Assembly: GCA_041486695.1 (NCBI GenBank)
Contig: JBGPLZ010000001.1
Span: 1 to 58,912 of the forward strand
Source of the DNA: Acidobacteriota bacterium
Lineage (GTDB): Bacteria; Acidobacteriota; Polarisedimenticolia; Gp22-AA2
Length of the DNA: 58,912 nucleotides
Direction: 5' to 3'
The notes beneath the pieces were generated by a model, which saw only the letters and a program-made list of their open reading frames with translations, made no database searches and was not told the origin of the DNA. The translations under genes and the position numbers were made by a program. Positions 1 to 11,548 of this stretch are shown piece after piece. The stretch's first letter is position 1. Every line of letters begins with the position of its first letter.

Positions 1-663
<663 letters not shown>

Positions 664-667
<4 letters not shown>

Positions 668-1821
668 GTGCCGGACCCTTTCAGAATCTCCTTGGCGATG
701 ACCAGGCGCTGAATCTCGGAAGTCCCTTCGTAGATCTCGGTGATCTTCGCATCCCGGAACAGGCGCTCCACCGTGTACTCGTTGATGTAGCCGTAACCGC
801 CGTGGATCTGAACGGCCTCGCGGGCGGCGCGCATGCACGCCTCGGAGGCGAACAGCTTGGCCATCGAAGCCTCCGGTCCGTAGCGCTCCCGATGGTCCCT
901 GGCCCAGGCGGCGCGCCAGGTCAGGAGGCGAGCCGCGTCGAGCTCCGTCGCCATATCGGCGAGCTTCCATTGGATCGCCTGCAGGTCGGCGATGGGCCGC
1001 CCGAACGCCTCGCGGCTGCGGCTGTAGCCGATCGACTCATCCAGGGCCGCGCGGCCGATGCCGAGCGCCTGCGCCGCGATCCCGATCCGGCCGCCGTCGA
1101 GGGTGGCCATGGCGATCTTGAATCCTTCTCCCTCGTTGCCGAGTCGATTGGCGGTCGGGACCTCGCACTCCTCGAAAACGACCTCGGTTGAGCCGGAGCA
1201 GGTGATGCCCATCTTGTGCTCGGGCTTCCCTTGCCTGAAGCCCGGGAAGCCGCGCTCGACGATGAAGGCGCAGATGCCTTTGTGCTTCAGCTTCGCGTCC
1301 AGGGTCGCGTAGACGATAAAGGTATCGGCGGCGACGCCGTTGGTCACGAACACCTTGGTCCCGTTGAGCGCATAGACGTCTTTGCGGAGTGTCGCGGTCG
1401 TGCGCATCGCCGCGGCATCCGATCCCGAACCAGGCTCCGTCAGGCAGTAAGCGCCGAGCTTGTCCCCGCGCGCGTGTGGCACGAGGTAGCGGCGCTTCTG
1501 ATCCTCGTTCCCGAACCGGAAGAGAGGAATGCAGACGAGCGAGTTGTTGACGGACAGGATAACACCGGTCGAAGCACAGGCTCGCGAGATCTCCTCGATC
1601 GCCATGACGTACGAGACGGCATCGAATCCGGCCCCACCGTACTCCTCGGGAACCATCATGCCGGCCAGGTTCATGGCGGCGCAACGACGATAGTTGTCGA
1701 TGGGGAATTCCCGGGTTCGGTCGAGTTCCGCCGCGCGGGGTTTGAGGACCTCCTCGGCGAAGGCGCGCACCGTCTCGCGGATCATCTCCTGCTCGGGGGA
1801 GAGCGTGAGGTCAAAGGACAC
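664..1821 (-). CDS. Acyl-CoA dehydrogenase (short-chain/butyryl-CoA type)
   Basis: [59 protein letters not shown] motifs; GTG start. Confidence 0.95.
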
Positions 1822-2379
1822 TCAGCCCTCCTCCTCGACCAAGCCAAACCGCCCGTCCGGCCTCCGGAAGATGACCGCGAACTGCTGTGACTCGATGTCG
1901 CGGAAGGCCAGCACCGGATCTCCGGACTCGCGGAATTGCAGCAGGGCCTCATCGAGCGACATCGGCTTGGAGGGTATCCGCCCCATGCGCACGAGGCCGG
2001 CGCGGCCGTCGCCGTCCGCGGGACGAAGCGGGGGTTCGGGGCTCGCGGGCGCGAACCCGCCACGGGGCGATGCGAGACGGCCCTGCCGCTTGCGTTCGCG
2101 CGCCAGCCTCTCACGATGCTTCTTGCCTTGGGCGACCAAGCGGTCCACGGCCACCGCGATGGCCTCATGGAAGTCCGCGGCTTCGGCCTTGGCGGTCAGG
2201 GCGGAGCCGTCACCCTTCAGCACGATCTCGACGAGATGCCGGTGTTTCTCGACCGACACGATCACGTGGGCCTCGCCGACGCGACCGAGGAACCGGTGAA
2301 GCTTCCCGAGTCTCTCTTCGGCGAACGACTTCAGCGCCGATGTCAGGTGGGCCTTGCGGCCGGTATAGATGATGGTCAT
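1822..2379 (-). CDS. hpf: Ribosome hibernation promoting factor, long form (HPF/RaiA)
   Basis: Start re-called at ATG 2379 (MTIIYTGRKAHLTSALKSF, GAGGGAG SD); C-terminal KPMSLDEALLQF...FRRPDGRFGLVE domain; immediately downstream of rpoN. Confidence 0.92.
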   Translation of the reverse strand: MTIIYTGRKAHLTSALKSFAEERLGKLHRFLGRVGEAHVIVSVEKHRHLVEIVLKGDGSALTAKAEAADFHEAIAVAVDRLVAQGKKHRERLARERKRQGRLASPRGGFAPASPEPPLRPADGDGRAGLVRMGRIPSKPMSLDEALLQFRESGDPVLAFRDIESQQFAVIFRRPDGRFGLVEEEG

Positions 2380-2392
2380 CCGGGTCTCTCCC

Positions 2393-3874
2393 TCAGCGGA
2401 AGCCCTGGCGTCGCTCGTTCGACGAAGGGATGCGCAGTTCCTCTCGGTACTTGGCCACCGTGCGCCGCGCGATCCGCAACCCATGGTCGCTCAGGATCTG
2501 CACGATGGCCGCATCGGAGAGCGGGTGCCCCGCATCCTCCTCCGAGACGACTTTCTTGATGCGTTCCTTCACGGTCAGCGAGGAAACATCTTCCCCCTGC
2601 GTCGAGCTGATGCCGGAATGGAAGAAGAACTTCATCTCGTAAAGACCCCGGGGCGTATGCATGTATTTGTGGTTGACGACCCGCGAAACCGTCGATTCGT
2701 GCATGCCGATGTCGTCTGCTACGTCTTTCAGAATGAGCGGTCGCAGGTGCTCGTAACCAAGATCGAGGAATCCCTGCTGGTATTTCACGATACTCTTGGC
2801 CACCTTGTAAATCGTCCGCTGCCGCTCCTCCAGGCTCTTGATCAGTCGGAACGCGGAGCGGAATTTCTCCCGCACGTACTCCCGCGTCTCCCGGGTCACG
2901 TCAGGATTGTTGCGATCGATCATGCGCCGGTAGAACGGGCTGATGCGCAGCCGCGGCAGGCCATCCTCGTTCAGAAGAATGGTGTAGCCCTTGTCCACTT
3001 TGACCACGTAAACGTCCGGGATCACATAGTTGTTGCTCCCGGCGTTGTATTTCTTCCCCGGCTTCGGGTCGAGGCCGCGGATGGTGTCCACGTAGTGCAT
3101 CACTTCGTCCTGGGTGCAGCCGAGCACCTGGGCCAGGTCGCGGAATCTGCGGCCCTGCAGCAGCTCAATGTGATCCTTGATGATCGCCTCGGCCGGCGTC
3201 CCCTCCAGGTCGTGAAAGGCGAGCTGGATGAGGAGGCACTCCTTCAGATCGCGGGCGCCCACGCCCGTCGGATCGAACTCCTGGATGAGGTGTAGCGCCA
3301 ACTCGACCTCCTCGTTGGAGTAGGGGCCCATCGCCGCGATCTCGTCGATCGAAGCCTGCAGGTAGCCGTCCTCATTGAGGTTGCCGATGATCGCCCTGGC
3401 GATCTCCTTCTGGCGGGGTGAGATGACGGTCATGTCGAGCTGCCAGAACAGGTGGTCCGCCAAGCTCTGCGGCTTGCTCAGGACCGCGTCGAGGGGCCGG
3501 GTCTCCTGCTCTTCGCTCTCGGCGCGGAATTGCGGTGCGTAGCTCATATCCATGTAATCCTGGAAGTAGGACTCGTAGTCGATCTCGTCGAACGAGTCCT
3601 TCTCGTCCGCCGCCCCTGCCTCGGGCTCGGGAGCTTCCGAAGCCTCCGTGAGGCCGGGCGCATCGGCCCCGGCGGTCTCCTCGGCCTCCGTCTTTTCAGC
3701 TTCGACCTGCCCCTCCGCGAGCTCCTCCAAGAGAGGGTTCTCGGTCAGCTCCTGGGTGACCTCCTCCTGCAGCTCGAGCTTGGTCATCTGCAGCAGCTTG
3801 ATCGCCTGCTGCAGCGACGGCGTCATGATGAGCCGCTGCGACATCCGGAGGTTCAGTTTCTGTTCGAGCGCCAT
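2393..3874 (-). CDS. rpoN: RNA polymerase sigma-54 factor
   Basis: N-terminal MTPSLQQAIKLLQ, HESTVSRVV helix-turn-helix and RpoN box ARRTVAKYRE. Confidence 0.98.
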   Translation of the reverse strand: MALEQKLNLRMSQRLIMTPSLQQAIKLLQMTKLELQEEVTQELTENPLLEELAEGQVEAEKTEAEETAGADAPGLTEASEAPEPEAGAADEKDSFDEIDYESYFQDYMDMSYAPQFRAESEEQETRPLDAVLSKPQSLADHLFWQLDMTVISPRQKEIARAIIGNLNEDGYLQASIDEIAAMGPYSNEEVELALHLIQEFDPTGVGARDLKECLLIQLAFHDLEGTPAEAIIKDHIELLQGRRFRDLAQVLGCTQDEVMHYVDTIRGLDPKPGKKYNAGSNNYVIPDVYVVKVDKGYTILLNEDGLPRLRISPFYRRMIDRNNPDVTRETREYVREKFRSAFRLIKSLEERQRTIYKVAKSIVKYQQGFLDLGYEHLRPLILKDVADDIGMHESTVSRVVNHKYMHTPRGLYEMKFFFHSGISSTQGEDVSSLTVKERIKKVVSEEDAGHPLSDAAIVQILSDHGLRIARRTVAKYREELRIPSSNERRQGFR

Positions 3875-3919
3875 GATGTGATCCGTCCGCGAAGCAATGC
3901 GAGCCCGGGTTTCTGTCTC

Positions 3920-4693
3920 TCAGTCCGCCGGCGTGACGCCAGGGGGCGCCTCGACCGGCTCGTGCCCCAGGAGCCTGAAATTCGCCCCCAGGTAAATCTC
4001 CCGGACCTTCGGATCGGCGGCCAGCTGGTCCGGGCTGCCCTTCCTGAAGATCCGGCCCTCGGCGATAATGTACGCTCGATCCGTGATGCGCAGGGTCTCC
4101 TGGACATTATGATCCGTCATCAGGAGGCCGATCCCCTTGCGCTTCAATTGATAAATGATTTTCTGAATATCTGCAACCGCGATCGGGTCGATGCCGGAAA
4201 ATGGCTCATCCAGGAGAATGAACGACGGTGAAATCACCAGGGCCCGGGCAATCTCGGCCCGCCGGCGCTCCCCGCCGCTGAGGTTATAGGCCAGGCTCTT
4301 GGCCAGGTGGGCGATTTTGAGCTCCTCGAGCACCTCCGAGGTCCTCTGGCGGATCTCCTGCCGCGGCATGTCGAGCGTCTCCAGAATCGCGATCAAATTC
4401 TGCTCGACCGTCATGCGGCGGAAGATCGACGGCTCCTGCGGCAGGTAGCTCACACCGCTCCGGGCCCTCAGGTACATCGGCAGGCTGGTGATCTCCTGCC
4501 CTCCGAGGAGGACGCGTCCGGCGTCGGGCCGCACCAGCCCCACGATGCAATAGAAGGTCGTCGTCTTGCCGGCGCCATTCGGCCCAAGCAATCCGACCAC
4601 TTCACCGCTCTGGATCTGCAGCGAGATGTCCTGGATGACGGGCCGACCGCGGTAACTCTTGGTCAGCCCCTCAATGACGAGTTTTCGGCTCAA
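3920..4693 (-). CDS. lptB: LPS export ABC transporter ATP-binding protein
   Basis: [42 protein letters not shown]; located upstream of rpoN; TTG start. Confidence 0.97.
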   Translation of the reverse strand: MSRKLVIEGLTKSYRGRPVIQDISLQIQSGEVVGLLGPNGAGKTTTFYCIVGLVRPDAGRVLLGGQEITSLPMYLRARSGVSYLPQEPSIFRRMTVEQNLIAILETLDMPRQEIRQRTSEVLEELKIAHLAKSLAYNLSGGERRRAEIARALVISPSFILLDEPFSGIDPIAVADIQKIIYQLKRKGIGLLMTDHNVQETLRITDRAYIIAEGRIFRKGSPDQLAADPKVREIYLGANFRLLGHEPVEAPPGVTPAD

Positions 4694-6479
4694 CGGAGGG
4701 AACGTCCTTGCCTTCCGGCGTCAGCGTGATCCAGGTCCGGCCGCCCACGGACTCAGTGAGAATCCTATCCCCCGCCAGATCGAATGTCAACGTCCGACCT
4801 TTCATGGTCCGGCCGGTCGGAATATCGACGACCTCCGCGAGCCCCTCTTCGTCGCGCAGGATCAGCAGGTCCTGGTCGCTCAGGTACTCCGCGGACCGCG
4901 CGGTGCCGTAACTGCCGGCCCGCTTGACGGCCACGGATCCCGTCGCTTCAACACGCCGCAGCTCCCGGCCCCGGTCGCCGGCCGCGGAAAGAGTGGCGTC
5001 CATCGCATCCGAGGTCAGGGTGGCGTCGGGGCGCGTGAGGCGGACGTCTCCCCGATACGAGGCCAGACTGCGCGTGTCATCCAGGACCATCGTCCGGGAG
5101 GTGATCGCCGAGACGGCCGGCCGGGCCGACGGATGCCCGGCGACCGGGCGGGCATCCGTCCAGCGCGCCATCACGTTGCCCGCGGCGTGCAACTGCCGGA
5201 TGACCTCCTCGATGATGATCTCATCGGCCTGGATGCTGTTCCCCTCCTGCCAGGCGCGGGCCGCTCCGCTGTAGACGGCGCGGTGCGCGTTCTCGTCGGC
5301 GCGCAGGTGCTGGGCCTGGAAGGAAATCGCCGAGCCGCTCCCGAACCCCGGCATCGCCGACCCTCCCGCCGAGGGCAGGGAGACGGTCCGCACGTCACCA
5401 CGCGCCTCGAGCAGGCGTTGGTCCGGATGAAGATCGATCTCCTGCGCGGCGATCCGATCACGCCCCGTCAGCAGGACCGGTTCTCCGCGCAGCTCGACCC
5501 AATCCGCAGCGCGATGGAAGCGGGCCGACGTGCTGCGCGCGGTATAAAGTCCGGAGAGGATACGACACCCGCCCGAGGCATCGGCCTCATCGATTGACTC
5601 CTCGGAGCCGCCGAAGCGGACCGTGAGGCTGTCAGAGCGCAGCTCGCTGCGCTCGCGGCCTTCCGCTCCACCGAGGGTTGCGACCACATCCCCGAAGGCG
5701 CTCAGTCCGGTAAGGTTGTGGCGGGTCTCGTCAAAGCTCAGCTTGACGTAGTTGCCGTGCAGGGCCTGGGTTCCCCGCACCAGCCGCACGTCGTCGGTGA
5801 ACACGGCCGTGTTGTCCCGCAGGGCGGCCATCAAGTCGCCTGCAGTGATCGTCAGCGGAGACTGCCCGGCGGCGTCGCGAACCTCCAGCCGGACCTGGTC
5901 GGGGATCTTGATCTGGCGGTCGCCGACGAGGTAGTTGAGCCCGCGTCCCTGTCCCTCGAGCCCGCCGAGCGAGAAGGTGACTTCGTCCCCCGTGAAGATC
6001 ACATCGCGGTCGGTGTCGTAATAGAGGGTGCCAGTGGAGAGCGACAGTCCATCCTGGCCTCGAATCACGACGTTGCCCGACAGGCGGGCCCTCCGCTCGG
6101 CGGCGTCGAACTGACCCTCGTCGCCGGAGACCTGAAGCTCCGCGCCGTCATCCTCGTGCAGGATAAGGTGCACGTCGTGCAGGATCTTTCGGTCTCCCGC
6201 GTAGCCGGTGACCGTCCGGGCCTCAAGCGTAAAGGCCGGACGTCCCTCGCGCGAGCCGTCGATCTTGAACTGTTCCGACTGATCCACGACCGGCCCCTGT
6301 CCCGGAGTCGCCGGGGCGGCGGGGGCGACGGTGATCTCCGCCTGCGGCTTGCCGCGCCGCTCGCCGTAAGTCGCCACCAGCGCCAGGACGATTCCGCACA
6401 ACACGACGAGCAGGGCGATGCGCAGGGCCGAGACGGCCCGGTGCGGTCGAAGGTGCACTCCGTGCGGTTCGGCAGCCAT
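4671..6479 (-). CDS. Fused LptC/LptA-like LPS transport bridge protein (N-terminal TM plus several OstA-like beta-jellyroll repeats)
   Basis: One TM helix ([16 protein letters not shown]), then recurring beta-rich motifs (LSGNVVI, FTDDVRL, AFGDVVA, ARGDVRT, AAGNVMA, YRGDVRL, ATGSVAV); occupies the lptC/lptA position before lptB. Confidence 0.82.
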   Translation of the reverse strand: MAAEPHGVHLRPHRAVSALRIALLVVLCGIVLALVATYGERRGKPQAEITVAPAAPATPGQGPVVDQSEQFKIDGSREGRPAFTLEARTVTGYAGDRKILHDVHLILHEDDGAELQVSGDEGQFDAAERRARLSGNVVIRGQDGLSLSTGTLYYDTDRDVIFTGDEVTFSLGGLEGQGRGLNYLVGDRQIKIPDQVRLEVRDAAGQSPLTITAGDLMAALRDNTAVFTDDVRLVRGTQALHGNYVKLSFDETRHNLTGLSAFGDVVATLGGAEGRERSELRSDSLTVRFGGSEESIDEADASGGCRILSGLYTARSTSARFHRAADWVELRGEPVLLTGRDRIAAQEIDLHPDQRLLEARGDVRTVSLPSAGGSAMPGFGSGSAISFQAQHLRADENAHRAVYSGAARAWQEGNSIQADEIIIEEVIRQLHAAGNVMARWTDARPVAGHPSARPAVSAITSRTMVLDDTRSLASYRGDVRLTRPDATLTSDAMDATLSAAGDRGRELRRVEATGSVAVKRAGSYGTARSAEYLSDQDLLILRDEEGLAEVVDIPTGRTMKGRTLTFDLAGDRILTESVGGRTWITLTPEGKDVPSVEPKTRH

Positions 6480-6495
6480 GTTCGCTTTCGCGTCC

Positions 6496-7281
6496 CTAGC
6501 GCCCGCGGAAGACGGGCTTGCGCTTCTCCAGAAAGGCGCGGGTTCCTTCGCGCATATCCTCGGTCGTGCAGGTCAATCCGAACAGGGCTGCTTCGAGGGC
6601 CAGCCCCTCTTCCATGGAGCCTTGGAGACCCTCCTGAACCGCCTGAAGGGCGCAGCGCAGCGCAATCGGACCTCGGGAGCGAAGCGTCCGCGCCAGCGCC
6701 TCGGCGGCGGGCAGAAGTTCCTGAAACGGGACGACGCGGTTCACCAGCCCTATGCGATGCGCTTCGCGCGCGTCGATCGACTCTCCTCCCAGGATGAGCT
6801 CAAGGGCCCGGCCCGCGCCGATGAGGCGGCTCAGTCGCTGCGTGCCGCCATAGCCCGGGATGATCGCCAGAGAGGTCTCGGGGAGCCCGAGCCGCGCCGT
6901 CTCGGCGGCGAGGCGCAGCGTGCACGCGAGGGCCAGCTCGAGGCCGCCCCCGAGCGCGTAGCCGTTGATGGCGGCGATGCTCGGTTTCCCCAGCCTCTCG
7001 AGCCGGGTGAAGACCGCCTGGCCCGAACGCGCATAGGCCGTCCCCTCGACCGGTGTCAGCGACTCCAGCTCGCCGATGTCCGCGCCGGCCACGAACGCCT
7101 TATCACCCGCGCCGGTGAGGATCAAGACGGCCACGGAGGGGTCGCCGCCGGCCTCGCCCACCGCACGGTCGAGCTCCTGAACGGTGGCGCGGTCCAGGGC
7201 ATTCAGCTTCTCAGGACGTTGGATGGTCAACCGAGCGAGGCCGTCCTTGACCTCGTACAGCACCCGACTCGCGGTGGTCAT
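6496..7281 (-). CDS. Enoyl-CoA hydratase (crotonase)
   Basis: AFVAGADI, AINGYALGGGLELALAC, GLPETSLAIIPGYGGTQRL. Confidence 0.95.
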   Translation of the reverse strand: MTTASRVLYEVKDGLARLTIQRPEKLNALDRATVQELDRAVGEAGGDPSVAVLILTGAGDKAFVAGADIGELESLTPVEGTAYARSGQAVFTRLERLGKPSIAAINGYALGGGLELALACTLRLAAETARLGLPETSLAIIPGYGGTQRLSRLIGAGRALELILGGESIDAREAHRIGLVNRVVPFQELLPAAEALARTLRSRGPIALRCALQAVQEGLQGSMEEGLALEAALFGLTCTTEDMREGTRAFLEKRKPVFRGR

Positions 7282-7290
7282 CGTCGCTCC

Positions 7291-8214
7291 TTAGTCTTCC
7301 GCGTCAGCAGGGCGCGCCGAGCGCGCCGTCAGGTAATCGTTCGGGGTCGGCGGCTCCGCGCGGTAATCGTAGAAGCCTCGTCCCGTCTTCCGTCCGTGGA
7401 ACCCTGCCAGCACCATCCGCTTCATGAGCGGGGGCGGCGCGAAGCGTCGCTCACGGAACTCTTCAAACATGATGTTGGCGATGAAGTAGGTCGTGTCGAT
7501 GCCCACGAGGTCGAGCAGCGTGAGCGGACCCATCGGATGGCCGCAGCCGAGCTTCATGCCCTGATCGATGTCGGTGATGGTCCCGACCCCCTCCTCCAGC
7601 GCGCGGATGGCATCGAGGATGAAGGGCACCAGCAGCCGGTTCACGATGAACCCGGTGCGGTCCGACGTATGGATCGGCGTCTTGCCGAGGCTGCGGGCGA
7701 AGCCGGTCACCGACTGGACCACGGCCTCCTCGGTTTCGATCGTGCGGGCGATCTCCACCAGCTTCATCAACGGCACCGGGTTGAAGAAGTGAAGCCCAAG
7801 AACCCTGCGCGGGCGGCGCGTGGACGCCGCCATTTCGGTGATCGACAGTGAGGATGTGTTGCTCGCGAAGACTCCCCCGGGCTTGACGATCTTATCGAGG
7901 CGGCCGAACGTTTCCTTCTTCAGCCGCAGGTCTTCAACCACCGCCTCGATGATCAGGTCGCAATCGGCGAGCGCTTGAAGGTCGGTGCTTCCCTGCAACC
8001 GTGCCTCGGTGGCCCGCTTTTGTTCCGGTGTGACCTTGCCCTTGGAGACGCCCCCGGCAAGGAACTGGTCGATGCGTCGCAGGCCGGACTGCAACACCTC
8101 CGGGGACACCTCGACGACCGTCGTCGGATAGCCCGACTGGGCAGACACCTGGGCGATGCCGGAACCCATGAGACCGCACCCAAGGACCCCGACTTTCTTG
8201 ATGTCCATGATCAT
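7291..8214 (-). CDS. 3-hydroxybutyryl-CoA dehydrogenase
   Basis: GCGLMGSGIA, SNTSSLSI, GLHFFNPVP, GFIVNRLL, HPMGP. Confidence 0.95.
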   Translation of the reverse strand: MIMDIKKVGVLGCGLMGSGIAQVSAQSGYPTTVVEVSPEVLQSGLRRIDQFLAGGVSKGKVTPEQKRATEARLQGSTDLQALADCDLIIEAVVEDLRLKKETFGRLDKIVKPGGVFASNTSSLSITEMAASTRRPRRVLGLHFFNPVPLMKLVEIARTIETEEAVVQSVTGFARSLGKTPIHTSDRTGFIVNRLLVPFILDAIRALEEGVGTITDIDQGMKLGCGHPMGPLTLLDLVGIDTTYFIANIMFEEFRERRFAPPPLMKRMVLAGFHGRKTGRGFYDYRAEPPTPNDYLTARSARPADAED

Positions 8215-9422
8215 GACCTCCTCTCGACGACCAGCGCGATGCCCTGACCGCCGCCGATGCAGGCGCTGGCGACACCATAGCGGCCGCCGCGCCGCCGGAG
8301 TTCCAGGAGCAGCGTAAGCACCAGGCGGGTCCCGGTGGCCCCGAGCGGATGGCCCAGGGCCACGGCGCCGCCGTTGACGTTGACGCGCTCACGATCGAGA
8401 CCCATCTCCTTCTCGACCGCGAGGTACTGGGCGGCGAACGCCTCGTTGATTTCGAACAGGTCGATCTCCTTCAGCGACAGGCCGGCCCTGGAAAGAGCCT
8501 GCCGGATGCTGGGAACCGGCCCGATGCCCATGATCCTGGGTGACACTCCGCAGACGGCGTGGGAGACCACGCGTCCGAGGGGAGTGATGCCGGTGCCGCG
8601 GGCCGCTCGGTCGGTGGCGATGACGACGGCGGCCGCGCCGTCCACGATCCCGGAGGCATTCCCGGCCGTGACGTGCCCCCGGCCACCGAAGGCGGCCGGC
8701 AGCTTCGCCAGGGCCTCGAGAGTCGTCTCGGGACGGCGGTGGTTGTCGTCCTCGACGACAACATCCTTTGTCCCATCCTTGCTCCGCACGGTGACCGGGA
8801 CGATCTCCTCGCGGAAGCGGCCGGCCCGGTGCGCGGCCTCGGCTGCCTGCTGACTTCGGAGCGCGTATCGATCGGCCTGCTCGCGGGTGATCCCGCGCTC
8901 CTCGGCCAGGTTCTCGGCCGTCTGCGACATCGAGCAGCCGCACGCCCCGTCGAGCAGGCCGGCGACGAGCCGATCCTCCAGTTCCCCGTGTCCAAGGCGG
9001 AGTCCCGAGCGCAAGCCCCGGATTACGTGGGGAGCCTGGGTCATGTTCTCCATCCCGCCCGCCAGCACGACCTCCGCCTCGTCGAGGGCCAGGAGGCCGG
9101 CGGCCGTGACGATCGACTGGATCCCGGAGCCGCAGAGACGATTGACGGTCAGCGCCGGCACGCTCTCGGGCAGCCCCGCTTTCAGGCCGACGTGGCGGGC
9201 GCCGTACAGGGCGTTGGCGCTTGTCTGCATGGCGTTTCCGAAGACGATCTGGTCGACCTTCCCGGGAGCGATCCCGGAGCGTCGCAGCGCCTCGCGCGCG
9301 GCAACCGCGCCTAGATCCCTTTCGCTAAGGTCCTTGAAGTGGGTGTTGTAGGTGGCCATCGGGGTGCGGGCGCCCGCCAGGATCAGCGCTTCCGTCCGGG
9401 GCGGCGCCGCGGCGCCGCTCAT
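8211..9422 (-). CDS. Acetyl-CoA C-acyltransferase (thiolase)
   Basis: NRLCGSG, NEAFAAQ, GHPLGATG, CIGGGQG; start re-called at ATG 9422 (AAGGAG SD, ATGA overlap with the upstream ATPase). Confidence 0.95.
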   Translation of the reverse strand: MSGAAAPPRTEALILAGARTPMATYNTHFKDLSERDLGAVAAREALRRSGIAPGKVDQIVFGNAMQTSANALYGARHVGLKAGLPESVPALTVNRLCGSGIQSIVTAAGLLALDEAEVVLAGGMENMTQAPHVIRGLRSGLRLGHGELEDRLVAGLLDGACGCSMSQTAENLAEERGITREQADRYALRSQQAAEAAHRAGRFREEIVPVTVRSKDGTKDVVVEDDNHRRPETTLEALAKLPAAFGGRGHVTAGNASGIVDGAAAVVIATDRAARGTGITPLGRVVSHAVCGVSPRIMGIGPVPSIRQALSRAGLSLKEIDLFEINEAFAAQYLAVEKEMGLDRERVNVNGGAVALGHPLGATGTRLVLTLLLELRRRGGRYGVASACIGGGQGIALVVERRS

Positions 9423-10198
9423 GAATGCTCCTTGGAGCGGGGCCGCGCCTGGGGGATCATGTGATGATCGGCCCGTTTCACTTTCAGACGAAAGTCCCCG
9501 GCCTGAACGGGCACCAGGTGACACATCTCATGCAGGCGGGACCGCACTCGTGCGCCGATCCGATCTTCCAGAGTCGGCGTCCGACGATCGGGGGGTTCGT
9601 CCAGGAAGTTCGTGGTCACGAGCGTCGCTTTCTTGTCGTTGTACCGGGTGGTCACGATGTGGGCCAGGGTCTCCTCGAGCCAGGGACTGAACTGCCGGCC
9701 GCCGAGATCGTCGAGCAAGGCCACCTCGGTCTGCAACACCGGCTGCAGGAGCTCGAGCTGGCTCATGCCCGACTGGCGGTCGAAGGTGGCCTGGAGCTGC
9801 CGCAGCAGGTCCTGGACGTCGCAGAAGAGGCACGGCACGCCCTTCTCGAGCATCAGCCGCCGCAGAGCCGCCACGGCCAGGTGGGTTTTCCCGACCCCGG
9901 GCGGTCCCATGATGAGCAGTCCACGATCACTGAGGGGGTATTCCTCGGCGTAACGCATGGCGCGCGACTTCGCCTCGGCCAGCGACAGGTTGCGCTCGTC
10001 GTAGACGGCGAAGTTGTCGAACTCGCACTCGCCATAGCGCCGGGGAACCCGGGCGCTGTCCAGGAGCGAGTCGATGCCGCTGCTGCGCGCCGCGGCGCGG
10101 CGGCAGAGGCAGGGTCGAGCGCGGCTCTGCCGGCCGTCTTCGGCGATCATGAAGCCGATGCCACCGCACAGCGGGCATGCTGCTTCAGAGTCCATCAC
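9419..10198 (-). CDS. DnaC/DnaI/IstB-like AAA+ ATPase with N-terminal Cys4 motif
   Basis: CPLCGG...PCLC, Walker A GPPGVGKTHL, Walker B LLDDLG, TLVTTN, RIGARVRSRLHEMC; start GTG 10198 or ATG 10195. Confidence 0.88.
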   Translation of the reverse strand: MMDSEAACPLCGGIGFMIAEDGRQSRARPCLCRRAAARSSGIDSLLDSARVPRRYGECEFDNFAVYDERNLSLAEAKSRAMRYAEEYPLSDRGLLIMGPPGVGKTHLAVAALRRLMLEKGVPCLFCDVQDLLRQLQATFDRQSGMSQLELLQPVLQTEVALLDDLGGRQFSPWLEETLAHIVTTRYNDKKATLVTTNFLDEPPDRRTPTLEDRIGARVRSRLHEMCHLVPVQAGDFRLKVKRADHHMIPQARPRSKEHS

Positions 10199-10258
10199 GC
10201 CACCTTCCGGGCAACTGCCAGGACCTCGAGTGAGCCTCCGCAGCTCCGGTCCGACTCC

Positions 10259-11131
10259 TCAGTTCAGGTAGCCCTGCAGCTGCTGGCATTTCTGCGACCG
10301 GTTCAGCTTCTCGAGCGCTTGTGCCTCGATCTGACGTATCCGCTCGCGCGACAGGCCCATCATCTCGCCGATCTCCTTCAAGGTCTTCGGCTCGCCCTCG
10401 TCGAGCCCGAAGCGCAGACGCAGGACCTTCTGCTCCTTCGGATCGAGCTCGTTGAGAACGGCATAGAGATGGTCCTTGAGGGATGACCGCAGGAGCGCGA
10501 CGTCCGCCGCCGGGATGACGTCCTGCTCGAGCTTGTCAGAGAGATGGAACTCGTGCTCCTCGTCGATCACCGTCGAGAGAGAGACGTTTTCGTCGGCCAC
10601 CTGCAACAGGTTGACCACCTCCTGAACCGTGATCTCGAGCTTCTGCGCGATCTCATCCGGACTCGGACTGCGCTCGAGGTCAAGGGTCAACTGTGAGATG
10701 GTCTTGCCGATGCGGTAGAGCAGGTTGGCCTGCTTCTGGGGCAACCGGAAGGCGCCGCTCTGATCGGAGAGGGCATGGATGATCGCCTGCCGTACCCACC
10801 AGACTGCGTAGGTGATGAACTTGACGTTTTTCGAAGACTTGAATCGCTTGGCGGCCTCGATCAGGCCGATGTTGCCTTCGTTAATCAGATCAAGGAAGGA
10901 CAGGCCGCAGTTCCGGTATTTCTTGGCAAAGCTGACGACGAAGCGCAGGTTCGCCTCGACCAGGGTGCGAAGCGCCTCCTTGTCGCCCTTCTGAATCCGC
11001 TCTCCGAGGATCTTCTCTTCCTCCGGAGTGATGCGGGGAAGCTTGGAGATCTCCTGCAAGTACTTCTTAAGCGTTTCGGAGGACGACGCGGACGACCCGG
11101 CTCGCTTCACGGATGAGCGTTCCTCTTCCAC
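10259..11131 (-). CDS. Sigma-70 family sigma factor (RpoD/RpoS-like, lacks region 1.1)
   Basis: Region 1.2 YLQEI, region 2 ANLRFVVSFAKKY/DLINEGNIGL/TYAVWWVRQAI, region 4 TLKEIG..GLSRERIRQIE; 290 aa. Confidence 0.93.
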   Translation of the reverse strand: MEEERSSVKRAGSSASSSETLKKYLQEISKLPRITPEEEKILGERIQKGDKEALRTLVEANLRFVVSFAKKYRNCGLSFLDLINEGNIGLIEAAKRFKSSKNVKFITYAVWWVRQAIIHALSDQSGAFRLPQKQANLLYRIGKTISQLTLDLERSPSPDEIAQKLEITVQEVVNLLQVADENVSLSTVIDEEHEFHLSDKLEQDVIPAADVALLRSSLKDHLYAVLNELDPKEQKVLRLRFGLDEGEPKTLKEIGEMMGLSRERIRQIEAQALEKLNRSQKCQQLQGYLN

Positions 11132-11134
11132 CCA

Positions 11135-11548
11135 TCACCCCTTCTTGATTCTTATGATACGACCATGGGTGCCGACCCGCACCAGGGCCTGACTGGGCCC
11201 ACTCGTGCCCTGCGGTCGGCGGCGCAGGATCTCCTCTTTCAAACCGGCGACGAAGCGATCCATCTCGGACTGCATCGACTCCATCTTGCGACGCATGTTG
11301 AGGATGATCTCGACGCCCGCGAGATTGACGCCGAGCTCGCGCGTGAGGTTGAGGATGAGCGACAGCAGCTCGAGGTCGCGGTCCGAGTAAAGCCGCGTGT
11401 TGCCCTGCGTCCGGGAGGGCTTGAGAAGGCCCTCCCTTTCATACAGTCGCAGCGTCTGGGGGTGAACGTCAAACTGCTGTGCCACGACGCTGATCATGTA
11501 ATAGGCTTGATCCTTTCTGCGCGGCATGCCCTTCTTCCTGCTGCTCAC
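11135..11548 (-). CDS. hspR: Heat-shock repressor HspR (MerR family)
   Basis: YMISVVA...[28 protein letters not shown]...LGVNLAGV and C-terminal ALV tail; directly after dnaJ; alternative ATG start 21 nt downstream ([10 protein letters not shown]). Confidence 0.88.
   Translation of the reverse strand: MSSRKKGMPRRKDQAYYMISVVAQQFDVHPQTLRLYEREGLLKPSRTQGNTRLYSDRDLELLSLILNLTRELGVNLAGVEIILNMRRKMESMQSEMDRFVAGLKEEILRRRPQGTSGPSQALVRVGTHGRIIRIKKG

Noticed and set aside
9419-10198. IS21 element (IstB)
   Set aside because: No istA, terminal inverted repeats or target duplication; the gene overlaps the thiolase start.
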